Assembly (NCBI RefSeq): GCF_029946165.1
Contig: NZ_JAQSDZ010000024.1
Coordinates: 35,825-99,824 of the forward strand
Reading direction: 5' to 3'
Length of the DNA stretch: 64,000 nt
Source: Methylotenera sp.
GTDB lineage: Bacteria > Pseudomonadota > Gammaproteobacteria > Burkholderiales > Methylophilaceae
This document shows positions 49,662-60,289 of this stretch, piece after piece. The first letter of the stretch is position 1; the number at the start of each line of letters is the position of its first letter. Under the pieces are notes generated by a model. That model saw only the letters and a program-made list of their open reading frames with translations, was not told where the DNA came from and searched no databases. Both the position numbers and the translations under genes were made by a program.

Positions 49662-50165
49662 GTGGGTAAATTACTTATAGCACTATCTTTAGCAGCAATT
49701 GGTTTTGTGGCACAGGCTAATGCGGCATCACCAGCAACGCTTTATGTGATTAAGTCAGTCAACATCAATGTACCAGCTGCAACTGCTTGGGAAAAACTTT
49801 CTAAGTTTGGCGATTTAGGCGCTTGGCATCCAGCCGTTACAAAAACAGAAATAATCGCAGGGTCTGAAGGTAAAAAAGGTGCGAAACGCACACTTACTTT
49901 GCAAGATGGTGGCAAAATCAATGAAACACTCACTGCATACAATGCAAAAAATAAAACCATGAGCTATATCATTACAGATGGTGTATTACCCGTGACTAGC
50001 TATGCTTCAAACTTACATGTGTATTCAAATGGCGATGATAAATCAGTGGTTGTGTGGGAAGGTAGCTTTTTGCCAAAAGCGCCTGCGGATGAAAAAGCTG
50101 CATCTGATGTTATTGGTGGGGTATACGAAGGTGGTTTAGCTAATCTTAAGAAAATTTTAGAGTAG
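49662..50165 (+). CDS. mxaD: Periplasmic SRPBCC protein, MxaD-like
   Basis: GTG49662 with AGGAG RBS, signal peptide ending QANA, WHPAV, KRTLTLQDGG, SYIITDGVLPVTSY, GVYEGGLANL. Confidence 0.7.
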   Translation: MGKLLIALSLAAIGFVAQANAASPATLYVIKSVNINVPAATAWEKLSKFGDLGAWHPAVTKTEIIAGSEGKKGAKRTLTLQDGGKINETLTAYNAKNKTMSYIITDGVLPVTSYASNLHVYSNGDDKSVVVWEGSFLPKAPADEKAASDVIGGVYEGGLANLKKILE

Positions 50166-50178
50166 TTGCTTTAAGCAG

Positions 50179-50206
50179 GTGTGGCGATATGAGCGTGTCG
50201 CCACAC
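50179..50206. terminator. Hairpin between convergent mxaD and the membrane TetR-like gene
   Basis: GTGTGGCGA...TCGCCACAC stem. Confidence 0.6.
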
Positions 50207-50230
50207 TCTTAATTAACGTAGTAACAATGA

Positions 50231-51028
50231 TTATCTAGAGTTTGCCATTAACATTGGCGTGAAATTACAGCGTACTTTTTCTAAATATGAATTAGCAATT
50301 GCCAAGTCATGGAGATTGGCTGGTATTTTCCCCCCCACTACATTTTCCAAGTAAACCGCTTTATCTTTATCTGGAATCTGAATAGCTTCGGGAAACTGAC
50401 AGGTGCCATGACGCATTTGCTCATACCTTGCATACATCGATGCTGCTTCTTGAGCAGTTAATCTGGTAGTACTCGGATTTAGTGCAACGCTCACTTTTGT
50501 TGTTTCATTGCTAAAAGATTTAGCGATTAAAGGGCTTGTTTGTTTGTGTAAAAGCACAGGTAGCCACATAGAGCTAATTCCAATAATTAGAAATAAACTT
50601 GCGGCTACTCCAAAAATAGCTCGCTTAGACATGGATGGTTTGAACTCTGCGAGTTTATCGCGTAGGTTTTCAAACCAAATCCACTCGTTTTGAGTTTGCG
50701 CCAGAATCAGGGCATTCGCTGCCTTTTTAGCGTGAAGTAAACTACCGCAGCCAGGATGATTAATTTCTTGCTGCGCGGCATTGCAAGCAATCAGAGCGAT
50801 ATGTTCAGCAAGGATTGAGGGGTTGGCAGCGCCTAAGCTTTTAGCTTCTACTACTAAAAACTCGATAAGCTGACTATTCGCAAATGAGGATATTGTGATG
50901 GATATCTGCGTATCAGGTGCGCCAAGCCAGTCATTCAAAATATCAAACAGACTCAGTATGCGGCCTTGTGGCGTTTTGCTGGACTTAGCCAGCATATTAA
51001 GTAGCCACTGTGAATTGAAAATATCCAT
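50231..51028 (-). CDS. Uncharacterised membrane protein: HTH-less TetR C-terminal-like domain + TM + two-Cys periplasmic domain
   Basis: GRILSLFDILNDW...GAANPSILAEHIALI...AKKAANALI matches the TetR C-halves in this window; TM AIFGVAASLFLIIGISSMWLPVLL; YEQMRHGTCQFPEA...KVRC. Confidence 0.8.
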   Translation of the reverse strand: MDIFNSQWLLNMLAKSSKTPQGRILSLFDILNDWLGAPDTQISITISSFANSQLIEFLVVEAKSLGAANPSILAEHIALIACNAAQQEINHPGCGSLLHAKKAANALILAQTQNEWIWFENLRDKLAEFKPSMSKRAIFGVAASLFLIIGISSMWLPVLLHKQTSPLIAKSFSNETTKVSVALNPSTTRLTAQEAASMYARYEQMRHGTCQFPEAIQIPDKDKAVYLENVVGGKIPANLHDLAIANSYLEKVRCNFTPMLMANSR

Positions 51029-51052
51029 CTCTTAAAATAATCTCTTCAATCG

Positions 51053-51466
51053 TCAGAATGGTTTAACGACAACCAGTATGACAATGATAGTGAGCGCAAC
51101 AACAGGGAGCTCATTAAACCAGCGATACCAGATATGGCTGCGAGTATTTCTGTCATGTTTAAAGTCATTCACAAGTTTGCCGCAATAAAAATGGTAGGCA
51201 ACAAGTACGGCAACCAGCGTTAATTTTGGGTGCATCCATTTGCCCGTTACGCCATAACCTAGCCACAACCAAAGACCAAAACTCAGCGCTAATACAGCGA
51301 GAGGAAACATGAAGCGATACAGTTTACGTTCCATGAGTTTAAGTCGCTCGGATGTTGCGACATCGGTCACCATGGCGTGATTTACTAAAAGTCTAGGCAA
51401 GTAAAATAACCCAGCAAACCAGCTAGTGACAAAAATAATATGAAATGCCTTGACCCATAACATCAA
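51053..51466 (-). CDS. hemJ: Protoporphyrinogen oxidase HemJ (CopD-like)
   Basis: WVKAFHIIFVTSWFAGLFYLPRL, YRWFNELP, VVKPF. Confidence 0.93.
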   Translation of the reverse strand: MMLWVKAFHIIFVTSWFAGLFYLPRLLVNHAMVTDVATSERLKLMERKLYRFMFPLAVLALSFGLWLWLGYGVTGKWMHPKLTLVAVLVAYHFYCGKLVNDFKHDRNTRSHIWYRWFNELPVVALTIIVILVVVKPF

Positions 51467-51485
51467 TAAAATCCTTTAATAACTC

Positions 51486-51992
51486 TTAATTTTTTGCAGC
51501 GAATTCTGCACTTATAAGTTGATTTAACTTAACAAAATCTAATGCACCAATTGTATGTTGTAATAGCTTTCCTTGCTTATCAAAAATAAAGGTTGTTGGG
51601 GTTAAATCCACATTACCAAATTTTTCTGTAACTTCTGAAAGCCCGTCATGCATCACGGGAAAAGGTATCTTCTTTTGCGTAACATAATTCAACACCTGAG
51701 CTGGGGGGGCGTAAGGCATTGCAACGGCAATAATTTCAAAGCCTTTTTGTTGATATTGCCGATATGTGCTGACTAATGCAGGCATTTCCGTAATGCAGGC
51801 TAAGCAGTCAGTTGCCCAAAAATTCACTAATACTATCTTTCCTTTTAAGTCCACCATGCTGATTTTTTTACCTTCAATGGTGGTGAAAGTAACGTCTGGT
51901 GCTGTATTTTTATTATAAGTAAATACTGCCAACGAACTAAGTAGCACCACAATGAGGGTAGTAATCAGAGGTTTTTTTAATATATAGTTCAT
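51486..51992 (-). CDS. TlpA family disulfide reductase
   Basis: N-terminal anchor, VNFWATDCLAC, TPTTFIFDKQG. Confidence 0.9.
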   Translation of the reverse strand: MNYILKKPLITTLIVVLLSSLAVFTYNKNTAPDVTFTTIEGKKISMVDLKGKIVLVNFWATDCLACITEMPALVSTYRQYQQKGFEIIAVAMPYAPPAQVLNYVTQKKIPFPVMHDGLSEVTEKFGNVDLTPTTFIFDKQGKLLQHTIGALDFVKLNQLISAEFAAKN

Positions 51993-52177
51993 GCAAATAG
52001 TCTAACCTATTTGTTGATTCAATTTGTCACAAGTTAATGCGCAACTTAATCTTTTAAAAAAGGTCATAAAAAGTTCTATAACCACAAAACAGTCGCGCTT
52101 ATTTGCCGTGATTCAACATGTTATAATCACGGTATCTAATAGCAAAACTATTTATTAAGACATTTATCAAAAAGACT

Positions 52178-55100
52178 TTGATCAAAAAAACAATGAACGC
52201 ACCACTACATAGCAATATTCATCATGCAGAAGCAAAACCTGCAGCGCGCTTACGCGAGATTCCTTACAATTACACCTCATTCTCAGACCGTGAAATCGTC
52301 ATTCGGTTCTTGGGTGAGAGGATATGGGAAACTTTAAACGAATTACGCGGGGAGCGTAAAACAGGCCGCTCTGCGCGCATGTTGTTTGAAGTGCTGGGTG
52401 ATTTGTGGGTAGTGACCCGCAACCCTTACTTGCAGGATGATTTGTTAGAAAATCCTAAGCGTCGCAAGGCTTTGATAGATGCCTTGCATCACCGCATTGC
52501 TGCGATTGATGAGCGTAATACGGGCAGTACCGCCAGTGATAAAGTACAAAAAATGGTCTCTGCTGCAAAAAAAGCTGTAGATAAATTTGCTGATGATTTC
52601 CGCCAAACTTATGATTTGCGTAAAAAAGCCTTAGCTAAATTTACGAAAATTACGCGTAAAGATAACGTTCAGTTTGATGGTTTAGCAAGAGTTTCACACG
52701 TTACAGATGCCACCGACTGGCGCGTTGAGTATCCGTTTGTGGTGCTTAACCCAGACACGGAAAAAGAAATTGCCTATTTAGTGCGTGCTTGTATCGAATT
52801 AGGGCTTACAGTCATTCCACGCGGAGGCGGTACTGGCTACACAGGCGGTGCGATTCCATTAACACCTATGTCTGCCGTGATTAATACGGAAAAGCTAGAC
52901 CAACATACGGGTATACAAATGCGCACCTTGCCAGGTGTGGCAAGGCAAGTGGCGACCATTGAGTGTGGCGCAGGTGTGGTGACGCGCCGCGCGATGGAGG
53001 CCGCAAGTGAAGCCGGCTTAGAATTTGCCTGCGATCCAACTTCAGCTGATGCCTCTTGCATAGGTGGTAACGTTGCCATGAACGCGGGCGGTAAAAAAGC
53101 GGTGCTTTGGGGTACTGCTTTAGATAATCTTGCTTCATGGCGCATGGTGACGCCAGATGCTGAATGGCTAGAAGTGGAGCGCTTAGACCATAATCTAGGA
53201 AAAATTCATGATATTGCCATTGCGCGCTTTAAAGTAAGCCGTTATGCAGAAGACATGAAAACCTTATTGTCGAAACCTGAGATTTTAGAAATCGCAGGGC
53301 CTAGCTTCCGTAAAGTTGGTTTGGGTAAAGACGTTACTGATAAATTTTTGAGTGGTTTGCCAGGCATACAAAAAGAAGGTTGCGATGGTTTAATTACATC
53401 TGCGACATTTATTTTGCATCGTATGCCTAAGCATGTGCGCACTGTAGCATTAGAATTTTTTGGCAACGTATCGCACGCGGTGCCTGCCATTGTTGAAATT
53501 AAAGATTATTTAGACGCGACCGCGAAAAAAGATCCACTAGTGTTAATGGCAGGTCTAGAGCACATGGATGAGCGCTATATCAAAGCCGTTGGTTATGCGA
53601 CTAAAGCCGCGCGTCAACAGCGCCCTAAAATGGTGTTGATTGCTGATATTGCTTCTGACGATGAAAATGCAGTGGGCGAAGCCGCTTCACATATCGTACG
53701 CTTGTGTAATGCACGCGACGGTGAAGGTTTTATCGCTGTTTCAGCAGAAGCACGTAAAAAATTCTGGTTAGATAGGGCGCGTACTGCCGCCATTGCTAAG
53801 CATACCAACGCATTTAAAATCAACGAAGATGTGGTGATTCCGTTACCGCGTTTGGGTGATTACTCAGACGGTATTGAGCGCATTAACATCGAACTTTCTA
53901 TTAATAACAAATTGCAATTGCTAGATGCTTTAGAAACATTTATGCAAGGCGATCTACCCTTGCAAGCCGATGAAGATGGCAACGCCGATGCGCAAATGGT
54001 CCAATCAAAGCAATTGATTGCTTTACAATTACTACGTGATTTACGCGCTAAATGGCGCATGATTTTAAACACGTTGGATGAACCAGTGAGTGTACTCGGT
54101 CAGCTGGGCGAATCACTTGGTCAATATGAAAATGTGTTTCGTGCTGTGCAATCTTACGACTTACGCATTTCATGGAGACGTGAACTTAAACGCCCCATGG
54201 CAGATATTTTTGCGGGTCGTGAGTATCAAAAAATATTAAATCGATGCGATGAAATTCACAAAACCGTGCTTAAAGGTCGCGTATTCATTGCCTTGCACAT
54301 GCATGCTGGTGACGGTAATGTTCACACCAATATTCCTGTGAACTCAGATGATTACGAAATGATGCGCACCGCTCATGACGCTGTAGCCCGCGTAATGGCG
54401 CTAGCTAAGGGTTTGGATGGCGTGATTTCAGGTGAGCATGGTATTGGCATCACTAAAATGGAGTTCTTGGAAACTTCTACCATTGAAGCTTTTACTAAAT
54501 ACAAAAATAAAGTGGATCCGAATGGTCACTTTAACAAAGGCAAGCTCATGGCGGGTTCTGGGCTTGAGAATGCCTACACGCCTAGCTTTGGTTTGCTTGA
54601 ACAAGAGTCTATCATTATGGAGCAATCAGCCATTGGCGAGATTGCCGACTCAATTAGTGATTGTTTGCGCTGCGGTAAATGTAAGCCTGTGTGTACCACG
54701 CACGTGCCGCGAGCTAATTTGCTGTATAGCCCACGAAACAAGATTTTAGGTACGTCCTTATTGATAGAAGCCTTTTTGTATGAAGAGCAAACCCGACGCG
54801 GTATTTCACTAAAACACTTTGATGAGTTTAATGATGTGGCCGACCATTGTACGGTTTGTCATAAATGCCTAAACCCATGCCCAGTGGATATTGATTTTGG
54901 CGATGTTTCAGTCGCTATGCGTAACTTTTTACGTGAACAAGGTAAAAAACAATTTAATCCAGGCACGGCGTTGGGCATGGCATTTTTAAATGCTAAAGAC
55001 CCAGCTACAATTAAGTTGATGCGCACCTTTATGGTCACCATTGGCTATCGAGCGCAAACTTTCGCGCATAACTTGGCGAAGAAACTCCACCTGTTAAAAG

Positions 55101-56071
55101 ATAAAATCAGACCGCCAGCAACAGTAGGTAAGCCTGAAATTCAAGCGCAGGTGATTCATTTTATCAATCGACCGATGCCGAAAAAAATGCCGACAAAAAC
55201 CTCGCGTGCGCTTTTAGGTATTGAAGATGACACGATGATTCCAGTCATTCGTAACCCTAAACTTGTCACTGAAGATTCAGACGCGGTCTTCTACTTCCCA
55301 GGTTGCGGTTCAGAGCGTTTGTTCTCAAACGTAGGATTAGCGACGCAAGCGATGTTGTATGAAGTGGGCGCAATTACGGTATTACCACCCGGTTACTTGT
55401 GTTGCGGCTACCCACAAACTGCAAGTGGTAATCACGATAAAGGTCAGGAAATCACTACGGATAACCGCGTGTTGTTTCACCGTGTGGCCAATACGCTCAA
55501 TTATTTGGATATTAAAACAGTTATTGTGTCTTGCGGCACTTGTATGGATCAACTGCAAAAATACGAGTTTGAGAAAATATTCCCTGGTTGCAGGCTGTTA
55601 GATATTCATGAATATCTAATGGAAAAAGACATTAAGCTAGCAGGCATTACAGGTACAAAATATATGTACCATGACCCATGTCACACGCCGATGAAGACTT
55701 ATAAGCCGCTAGAAGTGACGAACAAACTCATGGGAACAGATGTTCAGTTGAATGACCGTTGCTGCGGTGAAAGCGGCACCTTTGCTGTTGCTCGCCCAGA
55801 CATTGCTACCCAAGTCAAAATGCGTAAGCAGGAAGAACTGGAAAAAGGCATGGGTAAAATGGGCTTAACGGTGGGTAATCCTGAAGAAAAAGTGAAAATT
55901 TTGACTTCATGTCCAAGCTGCTTACAAGGCTTAGCACGATACGGTGAAGATACTGGCATTGAGGCAGATTACATTGTGGTTGAAATGGCAAAACATATTC
56001 TGGGTGAGAACTGGATGCCGGAATATGTAGCGCGAGTCAATAATGGCGGGATCGAGAAAGTCTTGTTGTAA
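52178..56071 (+). CDS. DUF3683 FAD-linked oxidase / Fe-S protein (GlcD + 4Fe-4S + CCG domains)
   Basis: [67 protein letters not shown] motifs. Confidence 0.92.
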   Translation: MIKKTMNAPLHSNIHHAEAKPAARLREIPYNYTSFSDREIVIRFLGERIWETLNELRGERKTGRSARMLFEVLGDLWVVTRNPYLQDDLLENPKRRKALIDALHHRIAAIDERNTGSTASDKVQKMVSAAKKAVDKFADDFRQTYDLRKKALAKFTKITRKDNVQFDGLARVSHVTDATDWRVEYPFVVLNPDTEKEIAYLVRACIELGLTVIPRGGGTGYTGGAIPLTPMSAVINTEKLDQHTGIQMRTLPGVARQVATIECGAGVVTRRAMEAASEAGLEFACDPTSADASCIGGNVAMNAGGKKAVLWGTALDNLASWRMVTPDAEWLEVERLDHNLGKIHDIAIARFKVSRYAEDMKTLLSKPEILEIAGPSFRKVGLGKDVTDKFLSGLPGIQKEGCDGLITSATFILHRMPKHVRTVALEFFGNVSHAVPAIVEIKDYLDATAKKDPLVLMAGLEHMDERYIKAVGYATKAARQQRPKMVLIADIASDDENAVGEAASHIVRLCNARDGEGFIAVSAEARKKFWLDRARTAAIAKHTNAFKINEDVVIPLPRLGDYSDGIERINIELSINNKLQLLDALETFMQGDLPLQADEDGNADAQMVQSKQLIALQLLRDLRAKWRMILNTLDEPVSVLGQLGESLGQYENVFRAVQSYDLRISWRRELKRPMADIFAGREYQKILNRCDEIHKTVLKGRVFIALHMHAGDGNVHTNIPVNSDDYEMMRTAHDAVARVMALAKGLDGVISGEHGIGITKMEFLETSTIEAFTKYKNKVDPNGHFNKGKLMAGSGLENAYTPSFGLLEQESIIMEQSAIGEIADSISDCLRCGKCKPVCTTHVPRANLLYSPRNKILGTSLLIEAFLYEEQTRRGISLKHFDEFNDVADHCTVCHKCLNPCPVDIDFGDVSVAMRNFLREQGKKQFNPGTALGMAFLNAKDPATIKLMRTFMVTIGYRAQTFAHNLAKKLHLLKDKIRPPATVGKPEIQAQVIHFINRPMPKKMPTKTSRALLGIEDDTMIPVIRNPKLVTEDSDAVFYFPGCGSERLFSNVGLATQAMLYEVGAITVLPPGYLCCGYPQTASGNHDKGQEITTDNRVLFHRVANTLNYLDIKTVIVSCGTCMDQLQKYEFEKIFPGCRLLDIHEYLMEKDIKLAGITGTKYMYHDPCHTPMKTYKPLEVTNKLMGTDVQLNDRCCGESGTFAVARPDIATQVKMRKQEELEKGMGKMGLTVGNPEEKVKILTSCPSCLQGLARYGEDTGIEADYIVVEMAKHILGENWMPEYVARVNNGGIEKVLL

Positions 56072-56218
56072 AGTTATTACAATGTAATTGGGTGAAATAA
56101 GGAAAGCTTGTTAAGCCAGCAAAATAAGGGTCATTTAGAGTGATTGTATTTTGCTGGACGTGTTCACGAATATTGAATAAAATATTTATCTACGCGTTCT
56201 CAATAGACTTACTAAATC

Positions 56219-56704
56219 ATGCTTCAAAGGATTCGATTATGGTTGTTTAAGTCGGCTTTTATAAGTGCCCATTACTCGTTGCAATTACCATTGCAGGTAT
56301 TTAGTAAACTCGATCTGCCTCTGTGTTACTCAAAAGAGTCATACGTGCCAGAAGAAATCAGAACATTAAATCGTTATCACATTGTTGTTGGAAAAAATGA
56401 GTATACATTTTGGTTTAAAGAAGTTGACCAAAATACTTATTGGGTTTCCACTGTTTCAAATAATATAGATGACTTTATTCGGCAATATTATAGAGAAAAG
56501 ATTTTTGGTGAGTTTGCCCCATATTCTCTTATCATTACTCAAATGCTATATGGGCAGTATATTGAGTTTGTAAAAAGCGGGAAAATAGTTGATTTCGAAA
56601 GAAAAAAATTAGGAGTTCAAAACAAACTTAGTTTTTTTCTTAATAATTACTTTAAAACTAGCAAGTATAAATCTTTAAGATTTATAATTAAATTAATGGA
56701 TTAA
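56219..56704 (+). CDS. Hypothetical protein, AT-rich, no recognisable family
   Basis: 161-aa ORF filling an otherwise empty intergenic gap; no motif recognised. Confidence 0.45.
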   Translation: MLQRIRLWLFKSAFISAHYSLQLPLQVFSKLDLPLCYSKESYVPEEIRTLNRYHIVVGKNEYTFWFKEVDQNTYWVSTVSNNIDDFIRQYYREKIFGEFAPYSLIITQMLYGQYIEFVKSGKIVDFERKKLGVQNKLSFFLNNYFKTSKYKSLRFIIKLMD

Positions 56705-57043
56705 AAGAGTATTTAGCGAGCAAATGCGCATGTTAATTCTTTTAATATTTTCTAAATATCGAAGCAGGGCGCTTTTCTAGGATTGATTGGTTTTCTCCTA
56801 TTTCATATTTATTTAACCTGAAATTATTGAAGATTCTTACATTTAGTTAATATCCTTACTAAATTTATATTGTTAGACAAACCCTCTTGTGTGCGTTAAC
56901 CAACATAATTTTTTTTTCATCTCGTTCATAATCAATGATGTTCTTGAGTTTCTATTTTATTTCCCAGATGCTTTTTTTACGTGAATGAATAGTTAATTTA
57001 ATTGGTTAATCAATAGTCGTTTTCATTAGTTAAGGAAGTTAAT

Positions 57044-57712
57044 ATGCGTAATAAAATTATTGTAAGTTCTATATTGGTTGCGTTTACATTGGGCGGTTGT
57101 GCCAATATGACAGAAACCCAAAAAGGTACAGCTAAAGGCGCGGGAATCGGGGCTGGTGTTGGTGCTGTGGTCGGTGCGATTGCTGGTAATACACGTGGTG
57201 CTGTGATTGGTGCTGCCGTTGGTGCGGCTGCGGGTGGTGTGGCAGGTAACGTGTGGACTAAACGTCAAGAAGAGCAAAAAAGACAAATGGAAGAGGCTAC
57301 GGCAGGTACAGGCGTAGCTGTTACGCAGACCGCTGATAACCGCTTGAAACTGGATATTCCAAGTGATATTTCGTTTGCAGTCGGTCGCGCCGATGTACAG
57401 CCTAACTTCAGAGCGATATTAGATACTTTTGCGAGTGGATTGGTGACTAATCCAAATAGCAATGTGACAATTATTGGTCATACGGATAGCTCAGGTAGCG
57501 ATGCAGTGAATAACCCATTATCATTGAACCGTGCAGCTAGCGTGCGTGACTATCTAACGAACAAAAACATTGCTACCAGCCGTATTACTATAGATGGTCG
57601 CGGTTCACGTGAGCCATTGGTAGCGAATGATACTGCAGCAAATAAAGCTAAAAATCGTCGTGTGGAAATTTTTGTAGCAGAGCCTGCTCCAGCTGTTGCT
57701 CCAAGCAAGTAA
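57044..57712 (+). CDS. OmpA-family lipoprotein with glycine zipper (YiaD-like)
   Basis: Lipobox LGGC, GHTDSSG, LSLNRAASV, NRRVEI. Confidence 0.93.
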   Translation: MRNKIIVSSILVAFTLGGCANMTETQKGTAKGAGIGAGVGAVVGAIAGNTRGAVIGAAVGAAAGGVAGNVWTKRQEEQKRQMEEATAGTGVAVTQTADNRLKLDIPSDISFAVGRADVQPNFRAILDTFASGLVTNPNSNVTIIGHTDSSGSDAVNNPLSLNRAASVRDYLTNKNIATSRITIDGRGSREPLVANDTAANKAKNRRVEIFVAEPAPAVAPSK

Positions 57713-57754
57713 TAATCCTATTTATCCTAGACCAACTATTTAAAGGATTTATAA

Positions 57755-58036
57755 GTGAATAAGATGCTAAAAGTGTTGTTATCAAGTTTAGTGATGATTG
57801 TAGGTTTTTCCGCCTGTAGCAAAAAAGCAGAAGATGCCGCAGCAGAATCTGCCTCAAAAGCGAAAGAAGCTGTCATGGAAATGAAAGCAACGACTATTGA
57901 TGCTGCCAAAGATGCAGCGGCTAAAACTGAGAATGCGGCTAAACAAGTTGCTGCGGCTACTAAGGAGGCTGCTGGTGATGCTAGAGATGCAACTGTTGAT
58001 GCGGTGCAAGAAGCCAAAGACTCGGTGGCTAAATAA
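57755..58036 (+). CDS. Small Ala/Lys-rich lipoprotein
   Basis: GTG start with AAGGA RBS, lipobox FSAC, low-complexity helical repeats (DAAKDAAAK, AATKEAAG). Confidence 0.8.
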   Translation: MNKMLKVLLSSLVMIVGFSACSKKAEDAAAESASKAKEAVMEMKATTIDAAKDAAAKTENAAKQVAAATKEAAGDARDATVDAVQEAKDSVAK

Positions 58037-58065
58037 TTTTTAGCCTACTTATTCTGGTGCTTAAT

Positions 58066-58091
58066 AAAAAAGGAGCTTAGGCTCCTTTTTT
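58066..58091. terminator. Bidirectional intrinsic terminator
   Basis: AAAAAAGGAGC-TTAG-GCTCCTTTTTT between convergent genes. Confidence 0.9.
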
Positions 58092-58113
58092 ATTATCTAA
58101 ATTGTGCTGCCAG

Positions 58114-58842
58114 TTAGAAAGGCAAGAAAACTGCGGTTGCAAGGCTTTGTACCACACGTGAAATAAGCCGCTGTGATTTTTCTGCCAAGGTGATAGCAAA
58201 TAAATCTGTACGGCCTATCATTTTTCCAAACTCACGTTCGAATGATAGATTTTTGTCTTTATCGTTAATCTCATTACTCAGTAAATACAGTGCTCCGCTT
58301 TCATTTCTAGCATTGGAGAGTTTCCAAGATGCAATCTCAATGTTTCTCGACATGTTATACATATGTTGCGGATCTATGCTGTCATTTAGGTAAAAGTCGG
58401 TTTTGTTACCGTGCGCTTTAAGCAGCATCGTTTGCAGCCCTACGATAAAAGCTAATACTCTATCGCCAGTAAACTCTGGTTTAAACGCTAAAAATATAGC
58501 TTCGGTACCTTGTTGATTGTGTATAGATTCAAATAGGTAATGATGTTGCGTTTCACCATTGAAAACCCAATTGACCATTTTTTCTGCAATATCCGTTGTG
58601 CTTTTTTGCAACTCGTGTGGGTTGCGTTTATATAGCTTTAACATCAGTAAGCGCAGGCTTTCCGTGTTTTCACGTACTTCAACATCGGCCATGCGGTCGG
58701 AGTCGCCTTTGCCAAGCTGGTTAATTGTTGTGCGGTCTCCTTGCTCTGGAATTGGCTTGGCGGCTTGAGTGGCGGTGTTGTTGGAAATATTGGCACAAGC
58801 TGGCAACATCACAATTAGCAGAGCAATAATGGCGGGGCGCAT
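58114..58842 (-). CDS. Uncharacterised lipoprotein at the end of the phoBR operon
   Basis: Lipobox LPAC; 10-bp gap after phoR. Confidence 0.8.
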   Translation of the reverse strand: MRPAIIALLIVMLPACANISNNTATQAAKPIPEQGDRTTINQLGKGDSDRMADVEVRENTESLRLLMLKLYKRNPHELQKSTTDIAEKMVNWVFNGETQHHYLFESIHNQQGTEAIFLAFKPEFTGDRVLAFIVGLQTMLLKAHGNKTDFYLNDSIDPQHMYNMSRNIEIASWKLSNARNESGALYLLSNEINDKDKNLSFEREFGKMIGRTDLFAITLAEKSQRLISRVVQSLATAVFLPF

Positions 58843-58852
58843 TTTTAATCAG

Positions 58853-60187
58853 TTATTTTTTAAGTGCAATTCGTGCTTTAGGGAATACTGCGCTGAATGT
58901 GCTTCCTACACCTAACTCGCTAGTGATCTCTAGTTTGGCTTGATGACGAATTAAAATATGTTTCACGATTGATAATCCAAGCCCAGTACCGCCAGTTTCA
59001 CGACTGCGGCTACGGTCTACTCGGTAAAACCGCTCAGTGAGTCGATCAATGTGCTGTTGTTCAATACCAATACCTGTGTCGCGCACAGAAAACACAGGTT
59101 CACCATTTTGTAATGCCCAACGGATAAAGATTTCACCCGTTTTACCTGATTTCTTATCTTCTGTAGGCGTGTAGCGTATTGCATTGCTCACTAAGTTGCT
59201 AAAAACGCTACGTAGCTCATCCACGGCGCCAATCAGATTGAGTCTAGAATCAGCTTCAAGGTGAATGATATGTTTCGCTTTATTCAAGCCCTGACTTAAT
59301 CCAATGCCATCATTTTGCACAGATTTTAATAAACTCGACATATCAATTTCACTGTCGTCAGGTTCTTCGGTATTACTCTCTATAGTCGAAAGCGTGAGTA
59401 GATCCTCAATAATGCGGCGCATGCGTATGGTTTGATCTTCCATCATGGCAAAATAATTTTTTAAGTTATCTGGCACCGCGCCTTCCATGTCAGACAGCGT
59501 TTCTAAAAAGCCACCTACCACGGTGAGCGGTGTACGTAACTCATGTGAAACATTCGCAATAAAATCTCTACGCATCACGTCCACTTTTTCGTGTTGTGTC
59601 ATGTCGCGACAGATTAATAGCTTTTGATTGTTGGCGAATGGTATTAACTGAATTTCGAGGATAACTTCAGAATTTCGCCAAGACTTGAGTTTAAAAGGCT
59701 CATCATATTTTTCATTATATAAATAAGCAATAAAGTGACTGTTGCGAATTAAGTTAACCAGTGGAAGCATTTTGTCTGTAGCTAGATTTAAGCCAAGTTG
59801 ATGTTCAGCATTGGGCGTGCACCATTCAATTTCATTGCTGGCGCTCAGTATCACCAAGCCGTCTGGCATAGCACTAGTGGCAAGGTTAAACCGCTCAAGT
59901 GCGGCGTTAAGTTGTTTTTGATTTTGGTTATTATTACGCTCGTATTTCAGCAGTGCGATGAAAATATCTTCCCACACGCCAGAGCCTTCGGGGATTTCTT
60001 TGATAGATGGATTTTTAAACCAGTTTTGCAGGGTATGTAGCCAATATACATGGCTAATTAGATAGATTAGAAGACCTGCAGCAAATACAATTAGAGCTGT
60101 ATTAATGCTAGTGATTAACCAGAAAAATAGGCAAATGGCGCTAAGCGCGCAAACGAATAAACCAGCTTTCCAACGAATATCTAGCAC
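58853..60187 (-). CDS. phoR: Phosphate regulon sensor kinase PhoR
   Basis: DUF3329-like TM region, PAS, FIANVSHELRTPL, NLVSNAIRY, GGTGLGLSI. Confidence 0.96.
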   Translation of the reverse strand: MLDIRWKAGLFVCALSAICLFFWLITSINTALIVFAAGLLIYLISHVYWLHTLQNWFKNPSIKEIPEGSGVWEDIFIALLKYERNNNQNQKQLNAALERFNLATSAMPDGLVILSASNEIEWCTPNAEHQLGLNLATDKMLPLVNLIRNSHFIAYLYNEKYDEPFKLKSWRNSEVILEIQLIPFANNQKLLICRDMTQHEKVDVMRRDFIANVSHELRTPLTVVGGFLETLSDMEGAVPDNLKNYFAMMEDQTIRMRRIIEDLLTLSTIESNTEEPDDSEIDMSSLLKSVQNDGIGLSQGLNKAKHIIHLEADSRLNLIGAVDELRSVFSNLVSNAIRYTPTEDKKSGKTGEIFIRWALQNGEPVFSVRDTGIGIEQQHIDRLTERFYRVDRSRSRETGGTGLGLSIVKHILIRHQAKLEITSELGVGSTFSAVFPKARIALKK

Positions 60188-60289
60188 AGATTAACATTTT
60201 CAATAAATTGACGTACTCAATTATAGCGAGCTTTCAAGCAGAATATGGAGCTATAACGTATATATTTAATTGCTATATTAATCGTATAG

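Noticed and set aside
57026-58017. Minus-strand ORFs opposite the OmpA and Ala-rich lipoprotein genes
   Set aside because: The + strand frames have lipoboxes and RBS; the antisense frames mirror low-complexity codons.
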